A DNA stretch of 64,000 bases from Callorhinchus milii (taxonomy: Eukaryota): assembly GCF_018977255.1 (NCBI RefSeq), contig NW_024704742.1, positions 106,456,001 through 106,520,000 on the forward strand, in the 5' to 3' direction. Under the pieces are notes generated by a model. The model was given only the letters and a program-made list of their open reading frames with translations, made no database searches and had not been told where the DNA came from. The stretch's first letter is position 1; every line of letters starts with the position of its first letter. This document shows, piece after piece, positions 1 through 13,325 of this stretch. The position numbers were made by a program, and so were the translations under genes.

Positions 1-142
1 ATTGCTGTGCGCAATTGGCTGCCGCGTTCGCCTACAAATATACAGTCAATTCACTTTACAGTGTGTTCTGTGAAACGCTTTGGGACGTCCTCCCGACGTG
101 AAAAGCGCTATATCAAATGCAAGGATTATTATTATTATTATT
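1..142 (+). mobile_element. Young tRNA-derived SINE, 3' part (cut by window edge)
   Basis: Near-identical to the 3' half of 16286-16621: partial Deu-like core, ACGTC-ctccc-GACGT stem-loop, (ATT)n tail. Confidence 0.92.
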
Positions 143-1789
143 GTGCACAATGCTGCACTGATTAATCGATAAATACCGTGAGTGTTTAGGTAGATTCACA
201 TAATCTTTTTCATTTACAAAGGCAGTTAACTGTCAAATTTTAGCACTTGTTATTAGTTAGATATTGAGTTTAAATGATTTGTGTGTCATTTTCAGAACGA
301 TAATGCTAATGCTATACACTGCCAAAATTCTCTTATTCTATCCTGTTGATACTGAAGTCCAAACCTGGATTTGCATAAATGTCCAATCCTGACAAGAAAC
401 AGTTGCATCGAAGTGTTGGTTCCCATATATCTTTGTGACACATGTCTGGTATCCGTAAGGATTCAGTATTTACGATCCTTCACAAATCCAGTTTGCAAAT
501 ATCTACTTTTCTCTCTAAAACTGTGCACGTGCCACAGCTTCCACAGTTACAATCCTGATAAAAGTGCTGTTAAAATGGATAACCTTTTTGCAGTAAACAA
601 ACTACAAGTTGAACAAGTTCACAACATAATTTATGATAGAAAAGGGCAGCCAAATACTTCGTGAAAGAGTTTCATTTGAGGGAGAAGCCTACTCCTAACA
701 GTGTTGGAATAGATGATGCTTCTGTAAGTTCTGCATGCCATCTATTGCTAGAATAATGCACTGCTTACACGTAGTAACAAAAATCCATGCAATAAAAGCA
801 CGATGCAAAACCAAACTGATATGAACAGAAGATCTTTTATGTACTATGTAAAATCTTTGGGTAATGGGCTTTCTGGCACATCATGCACAGGCAGTGCTGT
901 TGTCTGTAATCATATCCTCCTAGCATTGAATGAGCAATTAAACATTGTTTAATTAAGGTTTGTCAATAAAGCAATTGTCCCTTACCTAAGTAGGCTGTCA
1001 TTTACTGACCCCCTGCTTGTCACTTTCGATATGGTCTCTACCCTTCCCCTTTGTGGATCATTTCGACAATGAATCAAAGTACTGAGTGCATCAAAGCGTT
1101 TCATGTTGGACAAGTGAATGTCTATTGATATGAGCAGTTAAACAATGGCACTTACTTAATATTAACAAATCCGTGGGAAAGTGAAGCTGGGATGATCATG
1201 AATGAATTCCAATTTCAGAGAAAGGGACTGGGTTTGATGACATTGAGTGAATCTGGACCTGTGCTGATACTTAGGTTGAAATTAGAGGTGTTTCATAACA
1301 TTTTCTTTGAGTTTAAGGGACACATTACAAAGTTTATGAAATGTCACTTTGTTTTATAATTCCTTAAAGGTACTGTCCTTTGGATAAAACACTAAATTGA
1401 GATCCTATTTGCTTGTTTAGATGGATGTTAAAGATCCCATGACACTCCTGGCCAACAGTGGTCCAAAATGATTTAGTCGTTCATCTTCTGGCTCTTTGTG
1501 GGACAATGCTACACACAACCACTACATTTACCAATAATTATTATTGTAGTTGCTATCAAATTCAAAGATTTTTTTAAATATATATAGTCCACACAAAGAT
1601 ATGCCTTCCTAAGTAACTTTGAGATACCTGTGCATATGCAAGATTTTTTTACCAAAAGTCATTTTTTTCTGAAGTTTAACCTGTTTCAACAATACAAATG
1701 CAGGCATGTAAATTCTGTCTGATGGCCTCCCGATGTGAATGGCATTATATAAATGCAATTCATTGTTGTTTGTTGTTGTTGTTGTGCTT

Positions 1790-2070
1790 CCAGGAAAAGG
1801 CCGTTTTGGGTGGATATGAAGCAAGACAGGGTTTTCTAAGCAAAAGGAGCAGCTGGGTTGGTAGGGCTGTAGGAGGTAGCGCAAGGTCATGGAGCAATAT
1901 AAAGGTGAGAACAAGGATCTTGAATTCAATCCACTGGGTGATGGGAGCCAGTGGATCTTAGCGAGCATAGGAGTTATAGGCACACAGAGCCTTGTGCAGT
2001 AGAGAACATGAGTGCCGAAGTTCTGGTCAGTCTGCTGCAGCTTGTGTAGGGAAGAGCTGGGAGTCTAGCA
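1790..2070 (-). mobile_element. Old L2 LINE 3' ORF2 fragment
   Basis: Minus-strand translation PITPMLAKIHWLP resembles the ITPIL..LHWLP motif of the other L2 copies in the window. Confidence 0.75.
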
Positions 2071-2554
2071 GTTGTGGGGGATGGGGGGTTGGGTGGGAAG
2101 GAACAGACAAAACACAGGTTGTAAATGAGTTACAATACAGTATCAACACATTTTAAAAAATCATTATATTTGTGATAGCTCCAGTACAATATTAGTTTTA
2201 CTCCAGTATAACTCTACAAGTTCTGCCAATGCTAATAAGACCTGGAGCGAGATTGACAGCCACATTTTTGCCTTACCACTAGTATGAAATAGACACAATC
2301 TATGTTTAAGTACATTTCCTCTATCACTAGTAATGGTTTCCAATTTAAAAATAAACAATACATTGCTAGGAAATTGTAAATCAGCAAGAGTGGAACTCTA
2401 ATGATAGACCAGATTGAATTTTGATGCTACAATTATAGGAAATTGTCTATCTAAATGTATAAGGTGTGTCAGGTATTTCAATTAAACTTTACTCTGTGAA
2501 TCATGGATTCCTACAATGATTGCTGATCTATCAGCAAAGACTAGAGCAATAAAG

Positions 2555-3175
2555 CCAATTTCCAATGGAACAGAGGAAGTTGAATGGAAATCTGTTTGAG
2601 GTTGCTAAAATTATGAGGAATTTTTAAACCACTAATAGGGAAAAAGTATTTTTACTGTTCAGTGAATCAATGAGTAGAGGCTATCAATTTAAAATAAATA
2701 ACAAATACTATATAAATATCCTTACATTTAATATAGTATCTTCAACATTGGGAAGAAGTCTTAAAGAATCTCATGACATTTACTGTAAATACTTATGGCA
2801 GATGAGATGTGGTTTAACATCTCCTCCAAGAATGGCACCTCCAACAATGAAGCACACTCCCACCACTGCATTGGACTGCCAACATAGGCTACATAAGTTC
2901 CAAGTCCCGAGCTGGGGCTCAAATCCTTCTGATTTAGAGGCAACACAGCCATTACCTGAGCCTGAATGACACATAAGGGAGCCAAGGAGGAGATTAGGAG
3001 TATTTTTTTTACACAGAGTTATTGCAAGAAGGACCTAGATAGATATCTACAAATGAATAATCTGCAGAGATATTAGGAAAAGGCAGGTAAATGGGACTGA
3101 ATAGATTGCTCTTTCAAAGAGCCAGCACAGACATAATGGGCTGATTGGCCTTTTTCTGCGCTATACATTTCTAAA
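2555..3175 (+). mobile_element. Degenerate CR1 LINE 3' end, interrupted by an old minus-strand SINE (about 2700-2965)
   Basis: Resembles the CR1 3' region at 49190-49572, ending aatgggctgattggcctttttctg. Confidence 0.6.
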
Positions 3176-4361
3176 TTGAAAAATTAAGGCTATAAAAAGC
3201 CTAGGTTTATTCTAACTTCTGGTTTGACCTTTTGTTCTCAGAGATACCGTAGCTGTCAATTTCTCAATACAGGGTCAGTGAATACTCAAGAGAATCACTT
3301 TGGATGGCAATGAATTAAATTTTTCTCTAACAGCAGAAAAGCTTAACATACAGCACTCTCAAATGGCAAGCTATGTAGCTTTAACTGGTTAGATTGCAGC
3401 GGTACCACATAACGCACACTCAAGGGTTTCCAAGCCTTGGGTCTAGCCAATCTGCGCCTAATACTCTCTGAAATTAGATAAGCAGGATGTGTCTCCCTAC
3501 TGAGAGAGATTGAATATTCCATTCCAGTCGCCCGTAATTTCCCATGTATATGTATTGGCATGCACTGAACTTTCTGTCTGGTGTGGGTGACGGGCTTCCG
3601 CGTGTCTCAGACAACTAACTCCCATCATCTCGACAGTAAGTCAAGTAACTTTCCACTGGCTTGTCTTAAATCTGTTTTATGACAGATCTGGATGGCCTCT
3701 CTCGTTCTGTCACAATAATAATGTTCTTTAAATAGGGAAAAGGTCGTCTCAATGATGAGGCTGTTCAGCCAGATTTTATTAGTCAAATTGATACAGTAGT
3801 CTTCTGCCTCCAGGAAGAGAAAATCAACCACGAGTATAATTGAAAAGACAATCTGAATTTAATTTTCTCTCTTCCAGACTCGGACATTTTCTCTAATTTT
3901 CTTTCCCTCCTCTCCCTTTCTAGTCAACCATGTTCAGCATAATGTACCTTCCAGAGTAAAATAACTTGGGATGTACTCTTTATGAAACAGTAACATTTGT
4001 TGATTCAGATTCTTTTATTTTACCATTAAAGCCTAATTAAAGAGATCCAGTTTCATTTATACTATATCAACCTGGTGTCAGCCTGGCTCAGCTGGTAGCC
4101 TCTCACCTCTGAGTCAGAGGTTGTGGGTTCAAGACCCAATTTGATCTCTTGCTTGAGATATCAAACTGAGATCCTATCTGTCTCTTCAGGTGGATTTGCT
4201 TCAAGAAGCAAATCCTCACTTTCAAATCCCTCCATGGCATCACCCAACCTCTGTGACTTCCTGAGATCCAGCTATTCCCCCCATTCAGCAAACACCAACT
4301 TGCTTCATGCCATTTGCTGTTCCACGATACAACTGGTTTGAGCTTTCAGCTATTCAGCCGA

Positions 4362-4674
4362 GGAGTCCTGTAACTCAATGGTTTGAACACTCACCTCGCA
4401 AGCGAGAGTCCTGGGTTTGATTCCCAGCAGAGCAAAACCAGAGCAAGTTTCCTTACTCCACACACCTGATAATAATCCCTCAAGAAAAAAAACAAGAAAA
4501 AATTTGTCACTTCAATCCACGACTGTTTGTGGGTCACTGCTGTGCACAATTGGCTGCTGTGTTTCGCCCACAAATATACAGTCAATTCACTTAACAGTCT
4601 ATTCTGTGAAGTTCTTTGAGATATCTAGAAGACATGAAAAGCGCTATATCAAATGCAAGGATTATTATTATTAT
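4362..4674 (+). mobile_element. tRNA-derived SINE, short form with older CGC anticodon loop and TAGAA tail loop
   Basis: GGAGTCCTGTA head, A/B boxes, partial Deu core, (ATT)n tail. Confidence 0.92.
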
Positions 4675-4896
4675 GCCCCATTCTCTGCAACTCCATTGAG
4701 CAACTTTATACTGAATATGGAAAGGAATCATTTTTGGAATGTATCAAGATTTGCAGAATGCCGTTCTATCACTCACAAGCCCAATGCGTTGTGGTCTCTT
4801 CTACTACAGTCACCAGCAAATTCAGCCTTCATTTATTGGCTCTTCCAGGCTACACTTACACAATGAAAGACAAGAGAGATTCATTGCTGTATTGGA

Positions 4897-5073
4897 TCCT
4901 CCCACCTTGCCCCACCCTATCTTCCAAAGCCTTAAGACCCATCTTTTCAACTGCATTTTCGATCCCCTTCCCAGCTCCCTCCATCTCAAGATAACAGTCA
5001 GCTGTGTGAAGGGCTTTAAGACGTCCTTGCAACATGAAAGGTGCTATAAAACACAAATTGTTGTTGTTATTAT
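4897..5073 (+). mobile_element. L2 LINE 3' end fragment
   Basis: LKTHLFN motif plus stem-loop tail ending (GTT)n. Confidence 0.75.
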
Positions 5074-5818
5074 AAAGTAACAATTTCTTTTGGTATCAGC
5101 GTTAAAATCTATCTGTAGTCAGTAAACCATCATAAACAAATATAAACTCAGGGCTCACAGTCTTCCTTCATCAATTCAAAATGGACAGTGATAGCTTCAG
5201 GCAACCCTATTGATTTATACTGAGTATGGAAAGGATTTGTTTCTGGAATGCAGCAGGGATTGCAGAACGCAGTTTCATCGCTCACAAGCTCAGTGCACTG
5301 TGTTCCCTTTTACCACAGAGCCACCAGCAAAATCAGGCTTCATCCGTTGGCTCTTGTAGGCTGCCTTTGCACATTGACTAGGGAGATTCATTGCTGAATT
5401 GGGTACACTGAATTCAGCTGAACAAATGAAAGAAATTGCAGTGGAGGCTAGGGAAAAAAACATAAAATCCTATTTTACCATTGAAACAAAATAAATCAAT
5501 GGAGACTGAAAAGAGAACAATACACACTTGCCTAGCCTGACACTGTTAATTTATTTTACATTCATCTTTATATTGTTTTTCTTTCGTCCTCTTTTTAGTC
5601 CTTCCTGTCTCAGACACTATTTCCAAAGGAAAAGGAGAGGGCAGGGCGATAGCTTGTCACAAGACCTCTGTTCTGACAGTGCTCCCACTTTCAATAAGGG
5701 CGAGGTTAAAAAATACAATACAAATTTATAGTAACTTTCATGTTGGGAGGAAGTTCCAAGGTGCTTAACAATCCTGGCTTGGTACCTGAGCTGGGGGTGG
5801 GAGGGAAAAATGGCTGAA

Positions 5819-6840
5819 AACAACAACAACAAAATGACATTTGTATAGTGTGTTTCATGTCAGGAGGACGTCCCAAAGCGCTGGACAAACAGAGTTTCAG
5901 ACACAAGCTGGGGGTCAGGGTTGGAGCTGGGGAGGGTGGAGGGCAGGGAGGGCAAGCAGGGAGATCGAACGCACAGTCGAAGAGGAAGATCTTGAGATGG
6001 GTCTTAAAGGAGGCAAGGGAAGGGGACGAGGCAGAGGGACTGCGGGATAGAGTTCCAGAGGGTGGGAGCAGAGTGGCAGAAGGCCCACCTGCCAATAGTG
6101 GGGAGAGCAAGGCGGGGGACATGAAGCAGGCCAGAGCCCACTGAGCGAAGGGATCGAGCAGGATGGTAGAGGGTTAGGAGGTCACAGAAGTAGGGGGGAG
6201 CAAGACCGTGGAGGGCTTTGAAGGTGAGGACCAGGAGCTTGAACTGCATCCTTTGCGTGATGGGAAGTCATTGGAGTCGGGCGAGGATGGGGCTGATAGG
6301 GTCACAGAGCCTGGTGAGGGAGATGACATGGACTACAGAGTTCTGGATGATCTCCAGGGCCTGTGGAGGGAGGAGTTGGGGAGGCTGACGAGCAATGGGT
6401 TTGCATAGTCAAACCTCGATGTAATGAAAGCATGTATGAGGGTTTCGGCAGCCTGCGGTGGGAGACCGTGGCGGAGCCAGGCAATGTTGCAGAGGTGGGG
6501 ATAGAAAGGATATTTGAAGGTCAAATAAAACGCAAGGTTCCAGACTGGCTCAGTGAGGTGGAGTATGCAACCATGGATGGTGATGCTGTCAGTGCCTGAG
6601 GTAAAGAGACGCTGATGGGAGCCAATCAGGAGAGCCTCGGTCCTGTTGACGTTCAACTGAAGAAAGTTAGCTCTCATCCAGGACTTGATGTCTGACAGAC
6701 ATTCTGCCAGGACAGCAGTGGTCCTGGAGTTGAGGGTGGAGGCAGAGAGATAGAGTTGGGTGTCATCCCCATACATGTGGAAGTTGACTCCATGTCTGTG
6801 GATGATGTCACCAAGTGGGAGCATATAGATATTGAAGATG
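5819..6840 (-). mobile_element. L2 LINE, 5'-truncated (about 1 kb), RT C-terminal half plus 3' tail
   Basis: ORF 6333-6824 contains HMYGDDTQLY (degenerate YADD RT motif) and WMRANFLQLN; frameshifted; (GTT)n tail near 5819. Confidence 0.95.
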
Positions 6841-7212
6841 AAACAGAGTCAAAGGTCATGAGTTGGGCCGATAAAAAATTGCCCAACAGTTGCGGAGAAA
6901 TTTGGCGGGCTTTGCAGAAAATTGTGTGGGATGATTGATGCTATTGAGGTGCATTTAACTGCCAAACTACATTTTTCCAATTTATGGATAAAAACTAAAC
7001 ATGAGGAAATAATACATATTAGATTGTTGCAATATTTTAAATTAAATTAATTTCATCTTTAACAAAAACTGTGTGACTCATTGGGGGTGGGAGGAGAGGA
7101 CATCTACGCAGACCTGAAGGTCCTGGAGATCCACTGATAAAAACACTCAGGACCAGTGTCCTAACTGAGTGGCTACCGGAGCTCACCATCTCCTGCCTCT
7201 CAGGGCCCAGCA

Positions 7213-7665
7213 CCACACATAGACATGCACTCACTCACACTAACACAGAGACACATACTCTCAGAGAGAGACACACACACACAAACTCAGACGCAAAGAG
7301 ACATACATACACACACACACACAGAGGAAAGAGACACACATACATATTCACACAGAGATATTCATAAACACACACACATATAGAAGGGACGCACAGACAC
7401 ACTCACAAACACACAGAGAAGAGAGACACACATAGACACTCACACAGTGACACTTGCAAACAGCCACACATATAGATGAGAGAGATATTCACAAACACAC
7501 ATGCGCAGAGAAAGAGACACACAGACACACTCACACAGACAAACACATACAAAGGAGAAAGACACTCACATAGAGACACTCACAAACACATGGAAAGAGA
7601 CACTCACAAAGAGGCTCTCACAAACATATAGAAAGAGACATTCACTCAGATAGAGACACTCACAA
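7213..7665. repeat. Degenerate (CA)/(GA) low-complexity minisatellite
   Basis: Recurrent gagacactcaca(aacac) units. Confidence 0.9.
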
Positions 7666-8066
7666 ATTGGACTAAAATTCCAATGAATGTCCCAACCTCT
7701 TTGGGGTTGAGCCTCGGCTGCTGTCTCTCTAAGAATTTCTCCGACTTTCTATCATTGCTATGCACATAAGGTTACTGAGAAAGAAGTGTAGCCATGGATA
7801 AAGTGAAGTGCATCCCTAGTAACCCCAATAACTTCACACTTGTACTTAACTGGATTCAAAGTCTATTGAATATCAATCACCACAGAATCCCAACCCCCTC
7901 CTAATGACAACCAATCGAAACAGAGTTGAGAAGCCTTTACTTTTGTATCTAATGATGGTCAGCCACTGCCTCTGACCAATATTGCTGGGAGATAATGTAA
8001 TGGGGGTCTAGGGTGACTTTCCCTCTAGGCCAGTGGAGAAGAGGCTTGACTGTGTGTAACTAATAA

Positions 8067-8528
8067 GTGTCAGCCTGGTTCAGTTGATAGTGCTCTCATC
8101 TCTGAGTCAGAAGATTTTGAGTTCAAGCCCCACTTCAGGACTTTCAAATCAAAGTTCAGGCTGACACTCCAAAGCAGGGCCGGGGATGTCCTGCATTGTC
8201 AGATGTGCCGTCCTTCAAGTGAGATGTTAATGCGAGCTCCTGTCTATTTGTTCAGGTAAGTCAATAAAGATCCCATGGCACTACAGTATTTGAAAAGAGA
8301 AGGGAGTTTCTCCTGATGTCCTGGCCAACAATTCCCCTAAACAAAATTGATCAGTCACACTTCATGGCTATCCATGGATATTACTGTGCGCAAATTGGTG
8401 GCTGTACTTGTCTACAAATACACAGTCACTACACTTACACAGTGGAAAAAAAACCTTGTAAAATGCTTTGAAACAGCTCAACAGTGTATTATGGTGCTAT
8501 ATTAAATGTAAGGATTATTGTTATTATT
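8067..8528 (+). mobile_element. Ancient full-length DeuSINE (SacSINE1/AmnSINE1-type central domain)
   Basis: tRNA-like head followed by gtgccgtcc...aaagatcccatggcact...gtcctggccaac...tgtgcgcaaattgg Deu-domain motifs and LINE-like tail. Confidence 0.85.
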
Positions 8529-9577
8529 AATAGCAAAAAGCGCTCAGTTAATGTGTAAGAGTGAGCAGTTAATGTGTTAATTATCAACTGGTCCTCTGGT
8601 GTGCTAAAGTGGGAGAACAAGTGAACCTCCTCCATACCAGATAAATGGAAGCCACGCATTCTTGGATCTCTCAGTAATCCTTGCACTTGCAAGAATTCTA
8701 TTTGCTTATAACTCTCAGGAGTTTGATTCAGAGACTTTATGGCATGATGCTGCATTAATTAGCACCATTGATGTTAGTTAACACATCAGAATTTGCACTC
8801 CACCATGTGAGCAATTGATAGCACTGCTCCTGAGTTTCAGTTGATGTTTTTTCAGGTCGAGGCATCTGTATGCATTGAGTGAGGCATCTGTGACCCACTT
8901 CATACAGTGCCACATGCTTGACTGACTTATACTTGCCTAATCCCAAAAGCTACTTGTAAGAAACCCATTGCACAGAAGTTAATAGCTGGTGCAACCTTTA
9001 AGGCTGTATGAGTAATACCAGTTTAATTGCAGGTTGAGTTGAAGGTCACTTTGTAGTTCCTCACATGGGTCAGCGAGATTTGTGTGGTGAACCTAAATCT
9101 CCTTAAGCACTATTTTTAAAGAAAACTCCAGATAATTGTTATTAGTAACTTGAAAAGAGGTGGCTGGCTTCTCTTCATCCTGTGCTCTATCTGTTTTGTA
9201 CCATTACCTGCTGTAGGTATAATCTCTAGCAAAAACACTGCCAACATACAAAATATTCTAGGAGTTAGCCTACAAAATACAGACACTACACTTCACAGAA
9301 TATCCTGTGAAGTGTTTTGGGATGTCCTTCCAACGAGAAAGGTGCTATATCAAATGTAAGGATTATTATTATCAAAATTCCAGAATTTGAATTGAATGAA
9401 CCCCAAATTGAATCTGAGATTACCCATGAGAATAGAATGAGTTTGAATTTGTTTAGTAAAAATCTGTTATGAATGTCTTTGGAAGACATAACTTTTTTTA
9501 AAAAACACAATGCAACACATATATTCATAGTCACCGTGTTGACTTGTGGATGTTTATTGTCATTTTATATGTTTCAG

Positions 9578-9624
9578 GGAATGTTTGACCCAAAACAGCA
9601 TGAACTGTCAAAAAGATTTCAAAG
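9578..9624 (+). CDS. Candidate internal coding exon (GMFDPKQHELSKRFQ), gene unidentified
   Basis: T-rich tract + TTTCAG acceptor, open frame, AG|GTATT donor; no homology recognised. Confidence 0.4.
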
Positions 9625-9946
9625 GTATTATTTTGTATTTTTGCTGAATTTTTCTGTTCTCAATTTTTGACTGGGCAACTCTATATACCTGTCAGTTTGG
9701 CTCAGTTGGTAACACTTTCACTTCTGGGTCAGAAGATTGTACATTTGAATTGTGTTTATACACTGGATCTACACCAATGCAGGGCCTGTTGCTTGATAGA
9801 AATTGCTGTCCTATGGGTGAAATGTTAAACTGAGTTTCTGTCGAATGGTTGAAATGAACATTAAGGAGCAGACATTTCTCCCATTATCCTAGCCAATCTG
9901 CAGCACATCCACAGCACTGTATTGGATGCCTCTTTTATCCAAAATT

Positions 9947-10363
9947 GTGTGTCAACCTGGCTCAGTTGGTAGCACTCTCATCTTTGAGTCAGAATGCTGT
10001 GAGGTCAAGCCCCACATCGAGCCTTTGCCCTCACATAGTCTGGGCAGACAATCCAATACAGTGCTGGGGATGTGCTGCATTGTTAGCAGTGCCGTCCTTC
10101 GGAAGAAACATTAAACCGAGGTCCCAACTGCCTGTTCAGGTGGATGTTAAAAATCCCATGATACAACACAAAAAGAGAAATAAGGCCAATAATCCCTCAG
10201 ATAAAATTTCTCTCTTTGTGGAAAATTGCTTTGCATGAATGGTCTGCCACATTTGCCTACAAAATACACATGCATTTCATTTTACAATAACTTCTATCAA
10301 ATTCTTTGAGACACCCTCCCAACTTGAAAGGTTCTATGTTAAATGCAAGATTCTTATTATTAT
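9947..10363 (+). mobile_element. Ancient DeuSINE, near full length with internal deletion
   Basis: Same head and Deu motifs as 8067-8528 (ttaaaccgaggtccc...caggtggatgttaaaaatcccatg). Confidence 0.85.
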
Positions 10364-10659
10364 TGCTATAACGTTAACCATAGAACACATTATCCTAATT
10401 GGTCTTTAAACCACTTTGCAAGGTTTATTTAACGTGAGAGGTGCTCCATAAATACAACATGTGACTGGTCACTAATTTCATTTCTTTTTATGGGATGTTG
10501 CTAATGTAAATTACTGGTCTGTTTGGCTGTAAAAATGATCACTAGACTTCAAAGAAATTTACCGTGTAAGTGCTTTAAAACGATTAGTCACGATAAAGCA
10601 ATATATCAAGCATAGCTTTTATTATTAGTAGTATTATTATCTGTAAATTAGAGCATTGC

Positions 10660-10965
10660 AACACAACAACAACAACAAATTGCAATTATATTGCTCCTTT
10701 TGCATAGGAGGATGTCCCAAGATGCTGTCTAGTGAGGATTTGCACCCGATATGCGGATTGGGATCAGAGAAGGTGGAGGGCAAGGGGGGGTGGAGGAAGG
10801 AAGGCGACCAAATGCACTGTCAAAAAGGAAGGTCTTGAGACGGTCCTTGAACGAGTTGAGGGAGTGGGGGTGGTGGCGGGGCTCGGGATGGAGTTCCAGA
10901 GGTTGGGGGCAGAAAGACTGAATAATAGTGGAGCAGGCAGGGTGGGGAATATGGAACAGGCGAGC
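10660..10965 (-). mobile_element. L2 LINE 3' end
   Basis: (AAC)n on + strand, stem-loop tail, APNLWNSIP motif. Confidence 0.85.
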
Positions 10966-11893
10966 ACTTTACCAGTACTGCCAGCATCAGGAATTGTGGT
11001 CAGTTCGATTTGTTTTATATGTGTCCCCTCATTTCATTTACAAAATATGGTCACCCTAGCTAAGGGCCTTCTTCATCTGAATTTCTCTTTCGATCTTGTA
11101 ATTTGATAACACCAGTGATCTTTTCCTTATGTTTATAAGGTGACCTTTTATCATCAACACAATGAAAATATGATTAGTGTTTGCAATCAATGTGATGGAA
11201 CCAATCTAATTATTCAATAAATTTCACCAATTTAGGAACGGATCCTTTTCCTTTAACATCTATAATCCCATTTATCAAAACATTTCTTACTGATATATTT
11301 CCATTAAGTAAATGTTAAGTTCCTCTGATAAGAGTGATCCTCAATTATTTTGTTCTGTTACATTATCTTTTGCTAGGAAGAGTCGTGACCAGACACTTAT
11401 CTGTGCTGTATTCTGATAATACATATGTTCTTGTGATCACAGGATATTTTAGTGAATGGTTGCTGCTTATCAGATGCATTCAGTATCTCTTGCAACATGT
11501 GTGCGTTCCATAGGTCACTCAACCAGGTTAACATGTCAGAAATAAGGTTATCCTCTCTTAGTTACTTTTCTGTAATGCCAAGAATCAATTCTTACAGAAA
11601 ATGTCAACCCTTACAGAGTAATTGGAAAAGGCCAACAGGTCAGTTTGAGGATGTTCTGAAAAGAACCTCTATCTATGGGACAAGAACCAAACTCCAAAAA
11701 CATAAAGTCTGCGAGGAAGTTTCTGTATGTTTTAATGTGATTTATTTTTCCTTCAAAAAACGTACGAGAAAGTGGCTGAATGATTTCAAGACTGTCACCA
11801 AGAAAATTGTGCTCCACCACACCAATGATGCAGTGATTAGAGAACTGCATGATATGAAAGCATTGAAGTGCATTTGGGACAGCATAACACAGT

Positions 11894-12212
11894 TAATAAT
11901 AATAATAATAATAATAATCCTTGCATTTGATATAGCGCTTTTCACGTCGGGAGGACGTCCCAAAGCGCTTCACAGAATATACTGTAAAGTGAATTGACTG
12001 TATATTTGTGGGCGAACGCGGCAGCCAATTGCGCACAGCAATGTCCCACAAACAGTCGTAGAATGAAAATTACCAATTTATTATTATTTTGGAGGGATTA
12101 TTATTAGGCGTGTGGAGTAAGGAAACTTGCCCAAGGTTTCGCCCTGCCTGGAATTGAACTCAGGTCTCTCACTTGCAAAGCGAGTGCTCTAACCACTGAG
12201 CTACAGGACTCC
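11894..12212 (-). mobile_element. Young tRNA(Ala)-like SINE, full length
   Basis: Reverse complement of the 16286-16621 family; 4-bp target duplication AGTT. Confidence 0.95.
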
Positions 12213-12962
12213 AGTTCAATTCAGTGAGAAGTTTATAGCCATTTGTAACAACAACAAATTACATTTCTATAGTGCCTTTAACATATTCCCTAAGTGGGAC
12301 CACCACTGATTTCTGTAAGTGTTTCTTAATATTGTTTCAACAAAACTATTTGTGACACATTTTGATCAAGATAAACCATTTAGCATTCATTCCTTATTGT
12401 TTTCCAAAGGTTTTCCTGAACATAGGCTTTTTTAGTTTCATGCTGTTCTTCAGGGGGTTGTGGACGTGAAGTTTAAAGATGGGGTTAAAGATGATCTCTA
12501 GCAAATAAACACAGTATTGAGGGAATAGGCTCAACAGAGCAGGTGGTCCACTCCTGTTCCTCTGTTCCTATTCCTAAACAAATACATTCCACTTGCACAT
12601 TCACAGAAGCAATATTATGAATACAATAACGTTTTCAATTGTGTGTCTGTATCTCCATGAATTGGCATTCAAGGTCTCTTAGAGTCATACTCTTTTTGAT
12701 ACCAGGGACCAATTCAGTTTCTTCTTGAAATGTAGTCATCATTAGTAAATGAGCCTGCAAGATCATTCAAGCTAAAGAGAACTCAAGAGATCTCTGGTAT
12801 GAACTGGCCTTGAGGCTCTCAATGTTCGGCACCAGTCCCCAGACTGATCAGTGAGAAATACTGTTGAGACTACAGTGATTCAACAATGGTATCCAAAGAT
12901 TGTTGTCTGGCAAACTATGGTACATTTGCGGTAATTTGAAAGTGTTCCTTGTGTTATTTAAG

Positions 12963-13004
12963 GAACATTTTATAACCTACAGCAGGTGGAACACCTCTCT
13001 TTAG
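12963..13004 (+). CDS. Candidate 42-nt coding exon (TFYNLQQVEHLSL)
   Basis: AG acceptor and consensus AG|GTAAGT donor, open frame; no homology recognised. Confidence 0.35.
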   Translation, partial: EHFITYSRWNTSL

Positions 13005-13043
13005 GTAAGTGGAATCGTCCTCTTCCAGCTCAACTGGAATTCT

Positions 13044-13325
13044 TAATAATAATAATAATAATCCTTGCATTTGATATAGCGCTTTTCACGTCGGGAGGAT
13101 GTCCCAAAGCGCTTCACAGAACACACTGTAAAGTGAATTGACTGTATATTTGTGGGCGAACGCGGCAGCCAATTGACCAATATCATTATTGTTTTGGTTT
13201 TGGAGGGATTATTATTAGGCGTGTGGAGTAAGGAAACTTGCCCAAGGTTTCGCCCTCTGCCTGGAATTGAACTCAGGTCTCTCACTTGCAAAGCGAGTGC
13301 TCTAACCACTGAGCTACAGGACTCC
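13044..13325 (-). mobile_element. Young SINE with about 40-bp internal deletion
   Basis: Matches 11894-12212 but lacks the cgcacagcaatgtcccacaaacagtcgtag segment. Confidence 0.93.

Noticed and set aside
371..664. 97-aa ORF near an acceptor at 295
   Set aside because: All frames from the acceptor hit stops; peptide unrecognisable
6333..6824. Functional reverse transcriptase gene
   Set aside because: 5'-truncated, frameshifted L2 with YGDD in place of YADD
11452..11997. 181-aa ORF
   Set aside because: C-terminus is antisense SINE tail (poly-Ile); no recognisable domain; at most a small internal exon
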